Positions 1-10,725 are shown, numbered from the stretch's first letter. The stretch: DNA of 64,000 bases from an uncultured Chloroflexia bacterium (GCA_963720755.1 CAVRGP010000013.1:96001-160000), one strand, 5' to 3'. Notes: generated by a model not told the origin, from the letters alone. Translations and numbers: made by a program.

Positions 1-303
1 TCCGATCTCGAGCCGGCGATGTTCGGGGACGATCGACATGAACCGGGTCGATCCGACCGCGCGTCCGGACGCCAGGTCGACCGTGGCGAACGGCCGCTCC
101 GTCCCTGCCTCCTGGTTCGCCAGTGCCGCGTCGAGCCAGGTTCGGAGCCCATCGGGATCCTGTGGCCCCATGATCGTCCACTGCCACAAGGGCAGCTCGA
201 AGGCGACCCGCTCGAGGTCCGCGAGGTGGTCGGAGCGGAGCGGCTCGAGGCGGACTCGCGTCCCGGTGAGGACGACCGGTTCCACCCATGTCTGGCTTGC
301 CAT
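1..303 (-). CDS. GNAT (RimJ/RimL-like) N-acetyltransferase, 5' part; runs off window start
   Basis: Manual translation from ATG at 303: MASQTWVEPVVLTGTRVRLEPL...GRAVGSTRFMSIVPEHRRLEIG, typical RimJ/RimL N-terminal half; absent from ORF track because it has no stop in the window. Confidence 0.85.
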   Translation of the reverse strand, partial: MASQTWVEPVVLTGTRVRLEPLRSDHLADLERVAFELPLWQWTIMGPQDPDGLRTWLDAALANQEAGTERPFATVDLASGRAVGSTRFMSIVPEHRRLEIG

Positions 304-382
304 CGAACGATGGTAGCCGGGTGACGGCGACGGTGAAGACCGTGACCGGCAACCGGCCCCATCCGCACCGTAGACTTCGAGG

Positions 383-2137
383 ATGTCCGACTTCAGCGAC
401 CGCATCGACACATTCCTGGCCGACTTCTTCCAGCTCAATCCGACCTTCGCCACGGGGATCGGGGAGCACGCCCACGACGGCCGCTGGCCCGACCTCGACC
501 CAGCCGGCCGGGCGGAGCGGGCTGCCTTCACCGACCGCTGGCTCGGTGAGCTGGCCGCGATGCGGGATCTCGAGCCCGACGAGGCGATCGATCGCGACCT
601 GGTGATCGGTGAACTCGAGGCGGCTCGGTTCGCCGAAACCGTCCTCTGTGAGGACGCCTGGAACCCCCTCGAGTGGGTCTACCTCATCGGCGATGGCCTG
701 TTCAACCTCCAGGCCCGCGAGTTCGCCCCGCTGGCCGAACGCCTGACGTCGACCGCGAGTCGGCTCGAGCGACTGCCCGCTCTCCTGGATTCGGCCAGGG
801 ACCGGCTGGTCGGGGTCGAGGGACGGCCGGTCGGTCGGTTCCAGACCGAGACCGCGTTGCGCCATCTGGCCGGCATCGAGGCGTTGATCGCCGATGCTTT
901 GGCGGCGGCTGCATCCACAGCGTCCGACGACCGCGAGGTCGAGGCCCTGACCGGTCGGCTGGAACGGGCTGCCGAAACGGCCCGCGTCGCCTTGACCGGG
1001 TTCGAGGCGCATCTGCGCGATGTCGTCCTGCCCGTCAGCGAGGGTGAGGGCCGGCTCGGTCGTGACCTGTTCGCCGAGAAGATGCGCCACACGATGCGGT
1101 CGGAGACGCTGACACCGGACCGGATCCTGGCCGGCGCCGAACGGGAATTCGGGGCGGTGCGCGCGGAGATGGTCCGGCTGGCGAAGGAACTGTGGCCGGT
1201 CTGGCTCGCCGGTGTCGCGACCCCCGACGCCGACGGTCCCCTCGTTCGAGGCGTCCTCGACGCCATCGCGGCCGAGCATCCGGAGGCCGACGATCTTCTC
1301 GACTACTGCCGCGCCGAGAACGCCCGGATCGAGGCGTTCTGCGTCGAGCAGGACCTGATCGGGGTGACCGACGAGCCACTCGAGATCCAATGGACCCCGG
1401 TCTTCCTTCGGGCCTTCGCGGGAGCGATGCTGTCGTCGCCTGGCCCACTCGACCGGGGCCAGAAGGCGTTCTTCGCGATCACCCCGATGCCGGCTGACTG
1501 GTCAGACGAGCGGCGTGAATCGAACCTCCGCGAGGACAACGACCGGATGTTGCGCCTGCTCACGATCCACGAGGCCGTACCCGGTCACTACCTGCAGGGC
1601 GTCTATGCCAATCGCTGTCCGTCGATCGTGCGCTCGATCTTTGCGAGCGGACTGTTCGCGGAGGGCTGGGCCGTGTACGTGACCCAGGTGATGATGGACG
1701 TCGGCTACGGATCCGAGGATCCCGCGCTGCTGCTCGTCCACTGGAAGTTCTACCTGCGGGCGGTCATCAACGCGATCATCGACGCCAGGATCCATTGCGA
1801 CGGGATGACCGAGGATGAGGCCGTGTCGCTCATGGTCGATGAAGGGTTCCAGGAGGAAGCGGAGGCCCGTGCCAAGTTCGACCGGGCTCGCCTGTCATCC
1901 ACCCAGCTGTCGACCTATTTCGCCGGTTCACTGGAGATGTGGGAGATCGAGATCGAGGCGCGGCGGCGTGCCGCCGTACGATCAGGCGATCCGCGCGGCG
2001 CGGCTGCCGTCCCGGTGGCTCGCGTCGTCGGCGATCTCGGAGAGACCCCGGGGTTCCGATACCGCCCGCATCTCGAGTCGGTCCTCGCGCACGGATCGCC
2101 ACCCACGGCGCTGTTGCGGCGGATCCTGTTCGGCTAG
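383..2137 (+). CDS. DUF885 family protein (metallopeptidase-like)
   Basis: 584 aa; HEAVPGHYLQ and FAEGWAVY motifs, P..AT..G.H..D N-terminus. Confidence 0.85.
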   Translation: MSDFSDRIDTFLADFFQLNPTFATGIGEHAHDGRWPDLDPAGRAERAAFTDRWLGELAAMRDLEPDEAIDRDLVIGELEAARFAETVLCEDAWNPLEWVYLIGDGLFNLQAREFAPLAERLTSTASRLERLPALLDSARDRLVGVEGRPVGRFQTETALRHLAGIEALIADALAAAASTASDDREVEALTGRLERAAETARVALTGFEAHLRDVVLPVSEGEGRLGRDLFAEKMRHTMRSETLTPDRILAGAEREFGAVRAEMVRLAKELWPVWLAGVATPDADGPLVRGVLDAIAAEHPEADDLLDYCRAENARIEAFCVEQDLIGVTDEPLEIQWTPVFLRAFAGAMLSSPGPLDRGQKAFFAITPMPADWSDERRESNLREDNDRMLRLLTIHEAVPGHYLQGVYANRCPSIVRSIFASGLFAEGWAVYVTQVMMDVGYGSEDPALLLVHWKFYLRAVINAIIDARIHCDGMTEDEAVSLMVDEGFQEEAEARAKFDRARLSSTQLSTYFAGSLEMWEIEIEARRRAAVRSGDPRGAAAVPVARVVGDLGETPGFRYRPHLESVLAHGSPPTALLRRILFG

Positions 2138-3168
2138 TTCGAGGTCGATCCGACCACCGGTTCGGGCGGTCGCGCCAGGGCGGCGTGCTCGATCGCCCGA
2201 CGCAGGAGCTCCAGGCCGGACGGATCGAAGTCGTAGGTCCATGAGCGGATCCGGTCCGGTCGCGAGAGCGTCCGATCGACGCCGGTGGCGAGCGCTTCCC
2301 GGGAGACGAGGATGAGGTCGGCGTCGCGCTCGATCGGCTCCAGGCCGGCCGGATCCCCGATCAGGGCAGCCACGATCTCGACGCCATCGGTCCCCGAGAT
2401 GGCGAGCGTCTCACGGATGTTGGCGAGGCCGCGACCGGACGCGCAGATGAGCCCGACGCGTGAGCCTTCCGGGAGGTCGGCGATCTCGTGCACGAGCTCG
2501 ATGTATCCGGGTCCCACGAGCATCGCGACGACCGGCACTCGACCCGCCACCAGTGCCTGGGCCTCATCGGCATGGAACGTCGTCGTGGCGACCAGGTCGT
2601 AGTGGAAGCGATCGAGGCGGTCGGGCAGGTCGTCGAGCAGCGCCCCTTCGGCTTCGATCATCCCGGGGAACTCGTCTCCCAGACGTTCGGCATCGAAGCC
2701 GGCGTCGGCACTGGTGCACTCGGCGTAGAGGACCCGAACGAGCGGGCCCGGTCGCTTGCGTTCGGTCGCGGCGGCGAACGTCGCGGCCGCGACCTCGTCG
2801 GCCGTGAACCCGGCGTGGGCAGCTCGGCGAAGGGTCTCGGAGATGATCCCGGCCAGAGCCTCCGTCCCGCGTCGCTGTGGCGGCCGATCCGCGACGTGCG
2901 TCCCGGCGCCGTGCCGGCTGGTCACGTAACCGGCGTCGGACAGCCGCCGGTAGACCGCCCGGATGGTGTTCGGGTTCACCCGCAGTGCGGCCCCGAGATC
3001 CCTGACCGGGAGCAGACGCGATCCGGGCAGGAGCCGTCCGGAATCGATCTGGTAGGCCAGCTGCCAGTAGATCTGGGTGGAGATCGGGACGTCCGAGTCA
3101 CGCTCGACATCGAGGGCGCCACCGGATGCGACGGTCAGCGGCGTCGAACCCAGGTCGTCGATTGACAT
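2134..3168 (-). CDS. GntR-family (YtrA-like wHTH) transcriptional regulator with long C-terminal domain
   Basis: PISTQIYWQL...LLPGSRLLPVRDLGAALRVNPNTIRAVYRRL...RHGAGTHV wHTH; start taken at MSIDD. Confidence 0.85.
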   Translation of the reverse strand: MSIDDLGSTPLTVASGGALDVERDSDVPISTQIYWQLAYQIDSGRLLPGSRLLPVRDLGAALRVNPNTIRAVYRRLSDAGYVTSRHGAGTHVADRPPQRRGTEALAGIISETLRRAAHAGFTADEVAAATFAAATERKRPGPLVRVLYAECTSADAGFDAERLGDEFPGMIEAEGALLDDLPDRLDRFHYDLVATTTFHADEAQALVAGRVPVVAMLVGPGYIELVHEIADLPEGSRVGLICASGRGLANIRETLAISGTDGVEIVAALIGDPAGLEPIERDADLILVSREALATGVDRTLSRPDRIRSWTYDFDPSGLELLRRAIEHAALARPPEPVVGSTSN

Positions 3169-3236
3169 AGTAGGATAGTCCAAGTGACGGGCCGACTTGG
3201 CCTGGTCAAACGATACCAAGCAAAGGCAGGTCAAAG

Positions 3237-3374
3237 ATGTCCGGGTTGCTCGTCGTCGCGATCATCCTCGTGGGGCTCGCGGTGTTCGGAGCCCTCGCCG
3301 TTCATTTCGGTGTCGACAGCCGAAGTGACTCGGGCGATCCACGCCGCTCCGGCTATCCCGTCGGGATCGAATGA
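3237..3374 (+). CDS. Small single-pass membrane protein (45 aa)
   Basis: MSGLLVVAIILVGLAVFGALAVHFGVDSRSDSGDPRRSGYPVGIE*; hydrophobic helix, GC-rich third positions, purine-rich upstream; below ORF-track cutoff. Confidence 0.6.
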   Translation: MSGLLVVAIILVGLAVFGALAVHFGVDSRSDSGDPRRSGYPVGIE

Positions 3375-5548
3375 CCTGTCGCTCGCTGCGCGAGCTCGTC
3401 GAGAACCCGGTCGGTCGCGGTCGCGATCTCGTGCCCGATCGTCACCGTCCACGACGCCCCGGCCGCCAGGTCGAGTGGCCACCAGAAGAGCAGGCCACCC
3501 CCCTGGTAGGAACGTTCGAAGCCGCGTTCTGAATTCGAGATCGTCTCGACCGGTGCCCACCACAGGCCGCCGGCCCGACTGACCCTCGTGTCGACCTGGA
3601 TGCCGACCTCATCGTTGCCCTGGCGGATGCCGCTCAAAGCCGTCGAGGACCCGTCGTCATCGTGGGCCTGGCGGACGCCGTCGACCTCGATCCAGCCGGC
3701 CGGGTCGGCCTCGCCACCGAGGAGCATCAGCGTCCATTCGAGCCCGAGAAGGGTCGTGAGCCGGCGTTCCGATCGGTTCTCCAGGGTCAGCGTCAACGCC
3801 AGCGTCGGGCTGCGCCGATCACCTCCGAGGGCGATCTCCTTGGTCACCTGGACACCGGCCGGTCCGCCGCCGTCGTCCACGGTCGCGCTGCGGGACGCGA
3901 CCATCCGATCGAGATCCAGCACGTCCAGCTCATATCGGTCGTCGACGGCGTCGCCGAGGTCGACCGCCTCCCCGGTTGCCCAGGTCTCCCGGGCCGTGTC
4001 CGGCGCCAGGAAGCGAACGAGACCGGATCGACGCTCGTACCGATCGTAGTGGAGACGGTCCGCGAGGCCGACCTCCTGGGCGACGACGATGTCGTGGATG
4101 GACGTCGCCGACTCGTGGGAGGTCCCGCCACCGCGTTCCCCTTCGGTCCGTGCGTCGTAGTCGCGAAGGGTCTCGTGGTACGCCTCCGGACGACGGCGCA
4201 GCACTGAGCAGAGTGCATGACGGACCGGACGGATGTCCCAGCTGCCGATCCCTGCTCCTTCGTCGAGGTCGATCGACAGCGTCTGGCCCGGATCAGCCAG
4301 GCGAACGTCATCGAGCCCGTCGAGATCGAGGTCGAGGCGTTCGGCCCGATGCGACCGCCCCGCTGCAGCTTCGGCCAGATCCTCGGCCGCGATCAGGTGT
4401 CCACTCGTCGCAAGGCGCATGTGCGAGATGTAGATGCCACCAAACAGGCCGTGCCAGTAACAATCGTTCGACTGGCCCTGGTACAGGTGGTCGAGGGCGA
4501 GCGTCCGATCCGGTCCATCGGCCATCCCGTGGACCGCGTCCGAGGTCCGGAGCATCTGCTTGTGCAGGTCATTGATCTCGCGGTACTTGACCTGGAAATT
4601 GCGCCAGGATGCCCCGCGCAACCAGCGCGCTTCGGGGCGGCCCTCCGCCCGATCGGCCGCGAGCACCGTGGTGTACGCCCGTCCTTCGTGGGCCGGAAGC
4701 GCCCAGGCGCCCATCTCCTCGTACGACCCGGTCGGGAAGTAGGCCCGACCGATGGGCGCGTGGTCCGCCAGCCAGGCCGACGGCGTCGTCGTCGCCAGCC
4801 AATCCGCGTTCGCCTCGAGGGCGTCGAAGAAGCCGTCCACCCATCGGCGCTCGCCCCAGCAGTGGCCCCAGGTCGTGGGCCAGGCTCCGAACTTCTCGCC
4901 GTCGTCGCCCATCATCCCGACCCGGTCCCCGGTGTCGGTCGCGTGCTCGCGCAGGTGGGCGATGACGTCCTCGATCTTGCCGAACGGGATCCCGTACCGG
5001 AGTCCCTGCTCCGTCCCGAACACGCGCAGGAGACTGCCCTGATCCTCCGTCGTGAACGGCCCCCACAGGTCGGAATTCGGGATCGCGGCCGCCCGGAAAT
5101 GGGCATCGTCGACGATCGTCCAGCCATAGCCGGCTGCGGTCAGCGATGTCGGGAGGTCGGGCTCCCAGACGCGTTCGGCCAGCCACGCGCCGCTTGGGCG
5201 CCGTCCGAACACGCGCTCGAGTTCGTCTGACATCCGGAGCAGCTGACCGAGCCGGTCGCGTTCCGGGATCGAGGCCAGGACGGGTTCGTAGTACCCGCCG
5301 CCGAGGATCTCGACCTGGTCCCGCCGGGCGAGGACCGCGACCCGCTCGACGAAGGCGGGCCGCTCCGCCCGCAGCCAATCGAGCAACGGCCCCGAATAGT
5401 GCAGCGCGAGACGGATGCCCGGATGCCGCTCGAGGGCGTCGATCATCGGCTCGTACGCGTGTTCGAAGACGTCCGCGATGACCCGATCGAGATTGCCGAC
5501 GGGCTGGTGGTTGTGGATGGCCAGGGCCAACGAGATGCGGGGAGGCAT
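3353..5548 (-). CDS. GH57 alpha-amylase / 4-alpha-glucanotransferase
   Basis: HNHQPVGN, WLAERVWEP, GDDGEKFG, QSNDCYWHGLFGG GH57 motifs. Confidence 0.92.
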   Translation of the reverse strand: MPPRISLALAIHNHQPVGNLDRVIADVFEHAYEPMIDALERHPGIRLALHYSGPLLDWLRAERPAFVERVAVLARRDQVEILGGGYYEPVLASIPERDRLGQLLRMSDELERVFGRRPSGAWLAERVWEPDLPTSLTAAGYGWTIVDDAHFRAAAIPNSDLWGPFTTEDQGSLLRVFGTEQGLRYGIPFGKIEDVIAHLREHATDTGDRVGMMGDDGEKFGAWPTTWGHCWGERRWVDGFFDALEANADWLATTTPSAWLADHAPIGRAYFPTGSYEEMGAWALPAHEGRAYTTVLAADRAEGRPEARWLRGASWRNFQVKYREINDLHKQMLRTSDAVHGMADGPDRTLALDHLYQGQSNDCYWHGLFGGIYISHMRLATSGHLIAAEDLAEAAAGRSHRAERLDLDLDGLDDVRLADPGQTLSIDLDEGAGIGSWDIRPVRHALCSVLRRRPEAYHETLRDYDARTEGERGGGTSHESATSIHDIVVAQEVGLADRLHYDRYERRSGLVRFLAPDTARETWATGEAVDLGDAVDDRYELDVLDLDRMVASRSATVDDGGGPAGVQVTKEIALGGDRRSPTLALTLTLENRSERRLTTLLGLEWTLMLLGGEADPAGWIEVDGVRQAHDDDGSSTALSGIRQGNDEVGIQVDTRVSRAGGLWWAPVETISNSERGFERSYQGGGLLFWWPLDLAAGASWTVTIGHEIATATDRVLDELAQRATGHSIPTG

Positions 5549-5560
5549 CGGGTCCAGCGG

Positions 5561-7738
5561 TCAGCCCGCCTCGGTCACGTGCGGCCCCGACGATGTGTCG
5601 GCGACCGCGATCCCGGCCGCCGGCAGGTACAGCAGCTCCGTGTACTCGTGGAGCATCCGGGTGGTCGAGAACTGCCACAGCCCGGTCGCCATCGCCCGGC
5701 GCATCACCGTCAGCCACCGGCTCGGGATTCCCTGGGGATCCCGGTCGTAGTATCGCGGCACGATCTCATCCTCGAGGATCCGATACAGATCCTGGGCGTC
5801 GTGCCAATCCTGGGCGGCTTCATCCGGGTTGGTCTCGCGACCCCCGATCGCCCAACCGTTGTCCTCGTCGAAACCCTCGTCCCACCAGCCATCCAGGACG
5901 CTCACGTTCGGGACGCCGTTCTGGGCGGCTTTCATCCCCGACGTCCCGGACGCCTCGAGTGGCCGCCGTGGGTTGTTCAGCCAGACGTCGACGCCCTGGA
6001 CCAGGAAGCGCGCGACACGCATGTTGTAGTCCTCGACGATGAAGATCCGGCCGCGCAGCTCGCGTGACCGCGAACGCTGGAAGATCTCCTGGATGACCCG
6101 CTGGCCGGGTCGATCCGCCGGATGGGCCTTGCCCGCGAAGACGACCTGGACCGGACGATCCGTATCCCACAGCAGACGGGCCAGCCGGTCGAGATCGCTG
6201 AACAGCAGGCCGGCCCGCTTGTACGTGGCGAAACGGCGGGCGAAGCCGATCGTGAGGACGGCCGGATCGAGGGCCTTCTCGACCTCGGCCAGCACGGACG
6301 GGGCCTCGCCGTGGCGGGCGAACTGGCTGCGCAGCCGGCCGCGCGCAAAATGGGCGAGTTCGCGCTTCTGGCGGATGTGGGCATCCCACAGGTCCCGGTC
6401 GCTGATCCGATCGAGCCGCTCCCAGAACCGACCGCGTTCCGTGCCGGCATCGAGGTCGTCCAGGTCGGCGCCGAGCCGTTCGAGCGGGCCGGCGATCGGC
6501 TGTCCGATCCAGGTCGGGGCGTGGATGCCATTGGTGATACCCAGGATCTCGTGACCGACGATGTCCTGCCAGGTCGTGTTCGCGGTGACCGCGTGCAGTC
6601 GGCTCACGGCGTTCGCGCGGTGGGTCAATCGGAGCGAGAACGCGGTCATGTCGAACTGTCCGGCATCCGCGTCGACGCCAAGCCCGAGCTTCAGGACGGA
6701 TTCGACCGGGACGCGATCCTCGCTGAGCTCCTGGCCGGCGACCCGGCGGACGAGGTCGGCATCGAACCGTTCGTTACCTGCCGATACCGGCGTATGGATC
6801 GTGAAGACGCTGTCGCGACGGATGGCCTGCCAGGCGTCCTCGAGCTTCGAACCGGCGGCGACCTGCTCACGGGCTCGTTCCGCCAGCAGGAAGGCCGAGT
6901 GTCCCTCGTTCAGGTGCCAGACCGATGGTTCGAGGCCGAGGGCGCGGATGGCCCGGACGCCGCCGATCCCGAGGACCAGCTCCTGGTGCAGGCGCATCTC
7001 CCGGCCGCGCACGTACAGGATGTTGGTGATCGGTCGATCCGACGCCACGTTCTCCGGGATGTCCGTGTCGAGGAGCAGGACCGGGACCCGACCGACCTGG
7101 GCGACCCACACCGCGATCGACAGGTCGCGGCCCGGGAGCTCCACGGTGACGGTCAGCGGGAGACCGGCAGCGTCCTGGACGCGGCCGATGGGCAGACGGC
7201 TCAGGTCATAGTCCGTGTAATCGTGTTCCTGATGGCCATCGGCGTCGATCGACTGCCGGAAGTAGCCCTTGCGGTAGAGCAGCCCGACCCCGATGGCCGG
7301 CAGGGCCATGTCGCTGGCGGCCTTCATGTGGTCGCCGGCCAGCACCCCGAGTCCGCCGGAGTAGATCCCGAGCGACTCGTGGAATCCGTACTCGGCACAA
7401 AAGTAGGCGATCGGACCGACGAGCCGGTCGGCATAGCGGCGCTGGAACCAGTGACCGGAGCCGTTGGCCATGTATGCGTCGAACGCATCGAGGACGTCGT
7501 GGTACTCGGCGAGGAAGCCGGCATCGTCGACCAGGCGCGGCCAGCCGGTCGCTCCGGCGAGGACGGGGACAGGGGTCCGGTAGCGTGCCCACGCCGTGCT
7601 GTCGATCCTGGCGAACAGACTGCGCGTCTGCGGGTGCCACGCCCAGTGGAGGTTGTACGCGAGGCGCCGCAGACCCTCGAGCTGAGGGGGTAACAGGAAG
7701 CTGGCCGCGGGGATGGATGGGACGCGGACGGGTTCCAT
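5561..7738 (-). CDS. glgP: Alpha-glucan (glycogen/maltodextrin) phosphorylase
   Basis: AYFCAEYG, YSGGLGVLAGD, FARRFATYKRA, EASGTSGMK PLP motif; start at MEPVRVP (upstream ORF extension is antisense to glgA). Confidence 0.93.
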   Translation of the reverse strand: MEPVRVPSIPAASFLLPPQLEGLRRLAYNLHWAWHPQTRSLFARIDSTAWARYRTPVPVLAGATGWPRLVDDAGFLAEYHDVLDAFDAYMANGSGHWFQRRYADRLVGPIAYFCAEYGFHESLGIYSGGLGVLAGDHMKAASDMALPAIGVGLLYRKGYFRQSIDADGHQEHDYTDYDLSRLPIGRVQDAAGLPLTVTVELPGRDLSIAVWVAQVGRVPVLLLDTDIPENVASDRPITNILYVRGREMRLHQELVLGIGGVRAIRALGLEPSVWHLNEGHSAFLLAERAREQVAAGSKLEDAWQAIRRDSVFTIHTPVSAGNERFDADLVRRVAGQELSEDRVPVESVLKLGLGVDADAGQFDMTAFSLRLTHRANAVSRLHAVTANTTWQDIVGHEILGITNGIHAPTWIGQPIAGPLERLGADLDDLDAGTERGRFWERLDRISDRDLWDAHIRQKRELAHFARGRLRSQFARHGEAPSVLAEVEKALDPAVLTIGFARRFATYKRAGLLFSDLDRLARLLWDTDRPVQVVFAGKAHPADRPGQRVIQEIFQRSRSRELRGRIFIVEDYNMRVARFLVQGVDVWLNNPRRPLEASGTSGMKAAQNGVPNVSVLDGWWDEGFDEDNGWAIGGRETNPDEAAQDWHDAQDLYRILEDEIVPRYYDRDPQGIPSRWLTVMRRAMATGLWQFSTTRMLHEYTELLYLPAAGIAVADTSSGPHVTEAG

Positions 7739-7828
7739 GAGCGGGCATGATACTCGGTCGCGGGTCGGAGACGAGGGGGTCGGTCCGTCCGGCCGAACGA
7801 AGAGCGGGCCGACGCGTAGCATTCCCGG

Positions 7829-9316
7829 ATGCCGATGCGTGTCGCGATGATCGCGTCCGAGTGCGAACCGTGGGCCAAGACGGGGGGTTTGGCCGACGTC
7901 GTCGACGCGTTGGCCCGAGCCCTCGGGGCGGCGTCCACCGCCGACATCGACGCCCCCATCGACGTGTTCCTGCCGCGCTACCGGGGCGTCCCGGATCCGA
8001 CCACCGTCCAGGCGACCACGACCATCCGGGTCCCGGATCCGCGCTCCCCGGCCGGCGCGACCACGGTGACGGTCATCGATGTCCTGGCCGATGGCTACCG
8101 TCTCCGCCTGATCGATCATCCGGCCGCGTTCGATCGAGACGGCTTCTACGGGGATGCGGCCGGCGACTACGCCGACAATGCCTGGCGCTTCGGGTTGTTC
8201 TGCCGGGCGGCGCTGGAAACGCTCCGGGCCGATGGACGGCCACTCGACGTCCTTCATCTGCACGACTGGCACACCGGCCCCGCGGCGATCGCCCGCGACA
8301 TCTGGTATCGGGACGACCCGATCGTCGGCGGGGCGGCGATCCTGACCACCCTCCACAACCTCGCCTATCACGGTTGGACCCCGCGCGAGCGGCTCGGTGA
8401 GCTCGGGCTGGTGCCCGGCGACGGCGTGGTGGCCGAGGACGCGGACGGGATCGACTTGCTGGGCGTGAACATCGAGCGCGCCGAACTGGTCAACACGGTG
8501 TCGCCCGGCTTCGCGGTCGAAGCGCTGACCCCCGAGTTCGGGATGGGTCTGGAGCGAGCCTTGCGGGCGAAGGGCGACCGGTTCGTCGGGATCCTCAATG
8601 GGCTCGATACGGCCGTTTGGGACCCTGCGGCGGACCCCGACCTCGCGGCTCCGTATTCGCAGGCGGCTCCGGCGGGCAAGGCGACCTGTCGTGCCGACCT
8701 GCTGACCCGCGTCGGGTTCGACGACCGGGACGACGGACCGGTGATCGGGATGATCGGCCGGCTGGACCCGCAGAAGGGCTTCGATCTGCTCGCCGGCGCC
8801 GCGCCCGCGCTCGTCGATCGTGGCGTCCGTCTCGTGGTCCAGGGCAATGGACCGCGGGCGCTCGCGGATCCATTCCGGGCGATCGCTGCAGCACGGCCGC
8901 GGCAGGTCGCCTTCATCGACCAATTCGATCGAGCGATGGCCCGTCGGATCTATGCCGGCGTCGACTTCTTCGCGATGCCATCGCGCTTCGAGCCATGTGG
9001 CCAGGGGCAGATGATCGCGCTGCGCTATGGGACGCCGCCGATCGTCCACAGGACCGGCGGGCTCGCGGATACCGTCGTCGACGAGGTTCGCCATCCGGGG
9101 GCCGGGACCGGTTTCGTCTTCGACCGGCCCACCGTCGTGGACCTGCTCGAGGCCTGTACCGCTGCCGTCTCGATCCGCTCGGCCCGCGGGACCGGCTGGG
9201 ATGGGCTCGTCCATCGGGCCATGGCGGTCGACTTCGACTGGGTCCGAGGGTCCGCCCCGCAGTACGTCGAGGCGTATCGGCGGGCGATCCAGCTGCGTGA
9301 GCGAGCCCGCGCCTAG
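7829..9316 (+). CDS. glgA: Glycogen synthase
   Basis: KTGGLADV, HDWH, PSRFEPCGQGQM, RTGGLADTV motifs. Confidence 0.95.
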   Translation: MPMRVAMIASECEPWAKTGGLADVVDALARALGAASTADIDAPIDVFLPRYRGVPDPTTVQATTTIRVPDPRSPAGATTVTVIDVLADGYRLRLIDHPAAFDRDGFYGDAAGDYADNAWRFGLFCRAALETLRADGRPLDVLHLHDWHTGPAAIARDIWYRDDPIVGGAAILTTLHNLAYHGWTPRERLGELGLVPGDGVVAEDADGIDLLGVNIERAELVNTVSPGFAVEALTPEFGMGLERALRAKGDRFVGILNGLDTAVWDPAADPDLAAPYSQAAPAGKATCRADLLTRVGFDDRDDGPVIGMIGRLDPQKGFDLLAGAAPALVDRGVRLVVQGNGPRALADPFRAIAAARPRQVAFIDQFDRAMARRIYAGVDFFAMPSRFEPCGQGQMIALRYGTPPIVHRTGGLADTVVDEVRHPGAGTGFVFDRPTVVDLLEACTAAVSIRSARGTGWDGLVHRAMAVDFDWVRGSAPQYVEAYRRAIQLRERARA

Positions 9317-9320
9317 TCCC

Positions 9321-10250
9321 TCAGCCGAGCGCTCGAAGGATGGCGAAGGTGGTCAGGGCCGGGTCGGTCCGCTGCGGAGCGTGAGGCATCCCGGCGAGCG
9401 TGATGATGTGATCCATGCCGATCCGGAGCGCGAAGGGCGCCAAGGCCGCTTGTGGCACCAGCCCCGCAAGATCCCCGTCGGGGGTCAGCCCGGTGGCCGT
9501 CGTCTCGGCGCGGAGGATCCAGGTCGGGATGCCGTCGGCACTCGGATCGGCGAGATCGGCCAGTCCGCCATCCCAATCGCCGTTGTCGAGCAGGATCGAG
9601 CGAGCAGCCGTCTCGTCGAGTTCGGTGAGCGCCTCGGCCTTGGCCAGGACGTCCTCGGCCGGCCAGTCCGGATTCGACCTGGTCAGGGCGGCGACTGCCG
9701 CCGGCAGGTCTCGGTAGAGCTGCTCGGACGGGTCACTGGCCATCCGCGAGATCACCTCGAACGGGACCGTGGGTGGTTCGAGCAGGACGAGTGTCGCCGG
9801 ACGGACACCACTCCGGGGCAGGGCGGCCGCCGTCATCGCTCCCCAGCTGTGCCCGACGACCTGGAGGTCCGGCCCGCCAAGGTCCGACGCATGGATCCAG
9901 GCGGCGACGTCATTTGCGGTCTCGCGGAACCGGTGGTGGCCGGCCCAGTGGCCGGTCCGTCCATGACCCGGCAGGTCGACGGCCACGACCCGTCGCCCAG
10001 TGGCGGCGAGGGCTGGTCCGACCCGCCACCAGATCCGGGCGGAGGCGGTGACACCATGGATGAGGACGAGCGGTCGGCCGGCCGGGTCGCCCCACCAGAT
10101 CGACGAGAACGGGATCCCGGCCGCCCCGATCGTCCGGCGCTCGCCCCGGTCCACGGCCGCCGAAGGTGACGCGATGACAGCCGCGACTGCCGGCGGCAGG
10201 TCATCGGCGGTGGCTCGGATGGGGGGAGGCAGCGCAGACGGATCACGCAC
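9321..10250 (-). CDS. Alpha/beta fold hydrolase
   Basis: LVLIHG, VDLPGHG, GHSWG nucleophile elbow; GTG start estimated. Confidence 0.85.
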   Translation of the reverse strand: MRDPSALPPPIRATADDLPPAVAAVIASPSAAVDRGERRTIGAAGIPFSSIWWGDPAGRPLVLIHGVTASARIWWRVGPALAATGRRVVAVDLPGHGRTGHWAGHHRFRETANDVAAWIHASDLGGPDLQVVGHSWGAMTAAALPRSGVRPATLVLLEPPTVPFEVISRMASDPSEQLYRDLPAAVAALTRSNPDWPAEDVLAKAEALTELDETAARSILLDNGDWDGGLADLADPSADGIPTWILRAETTATGLTPDGDLAGLVPQAALAPFALRIGMDHIITLAGMPHAPQRTDPALTTFAILRALG

Positions 10251-10335
10251 TAGGCGAAGGTACACGGCCCGGCCTCCGGCCGTTAGGATGGGTCCGGGCC
10301 TGCCGGGGAGCCGGCCGGCACGATCGGAGGCAGCC

Positions 10336-10725
10336 ATGGCCAAGCAGTTCGTCGTCCAGCTGAAGAACGAACCGGGAGCGATGGCGACCCTGGCCGAGGC
10401 GCTGGCGGCACGTGGGGTGGACCTGCGGGCGATCGGTGGTGGGAGCATGGGCGACAGCGGTCACGTGATCATGACGACCGCCGACGACGACGGCGCCGCT
10501 GCCGTGCTTGACGCCGAGGGATACACCTACATCGAAGGTGAGTCGATCCTGGCCGAGGTCGACGATCGGCCGGGCGGGATGGCCCGCCTCGCGCGTGCCC
10601 TGGCGGACGCCGATGTGAACATCTACGGCCACCTGTTCCTCGGCCGGTGGGGCGATCGGGCGACGTTCGCCTTCGTCGTCGACGACCCGGAGAAGGCGCG
10701 ACCGATCCTCGAGCGCAAAGCCTGA
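10336..10725 (+). CDS. Tandem ACT domain protein
   Basis: MAKQFVVQLKNEPGAMA...DDRPGGMARLARALADADVNI; GGAGG SD upstream. Confidence 0.85.
   Translation: MAKQFVVQLKNEPGAMATLAEALAARGVDLRAIGGGSMGDSGHVIMTTADDDGAAAVLDAEGYTYIEGESILAEVDDRPGGMARLARALADADVNIYGHLFLGRWGDRATFAFVVDDPEKARPILERKA

Noticed and set aside
7739-9214. Apparent 490-aa N-terminal extension of glgP
   Set aside because: Antisense of glgA; phosphorylase similarity starts near MEPVRVP
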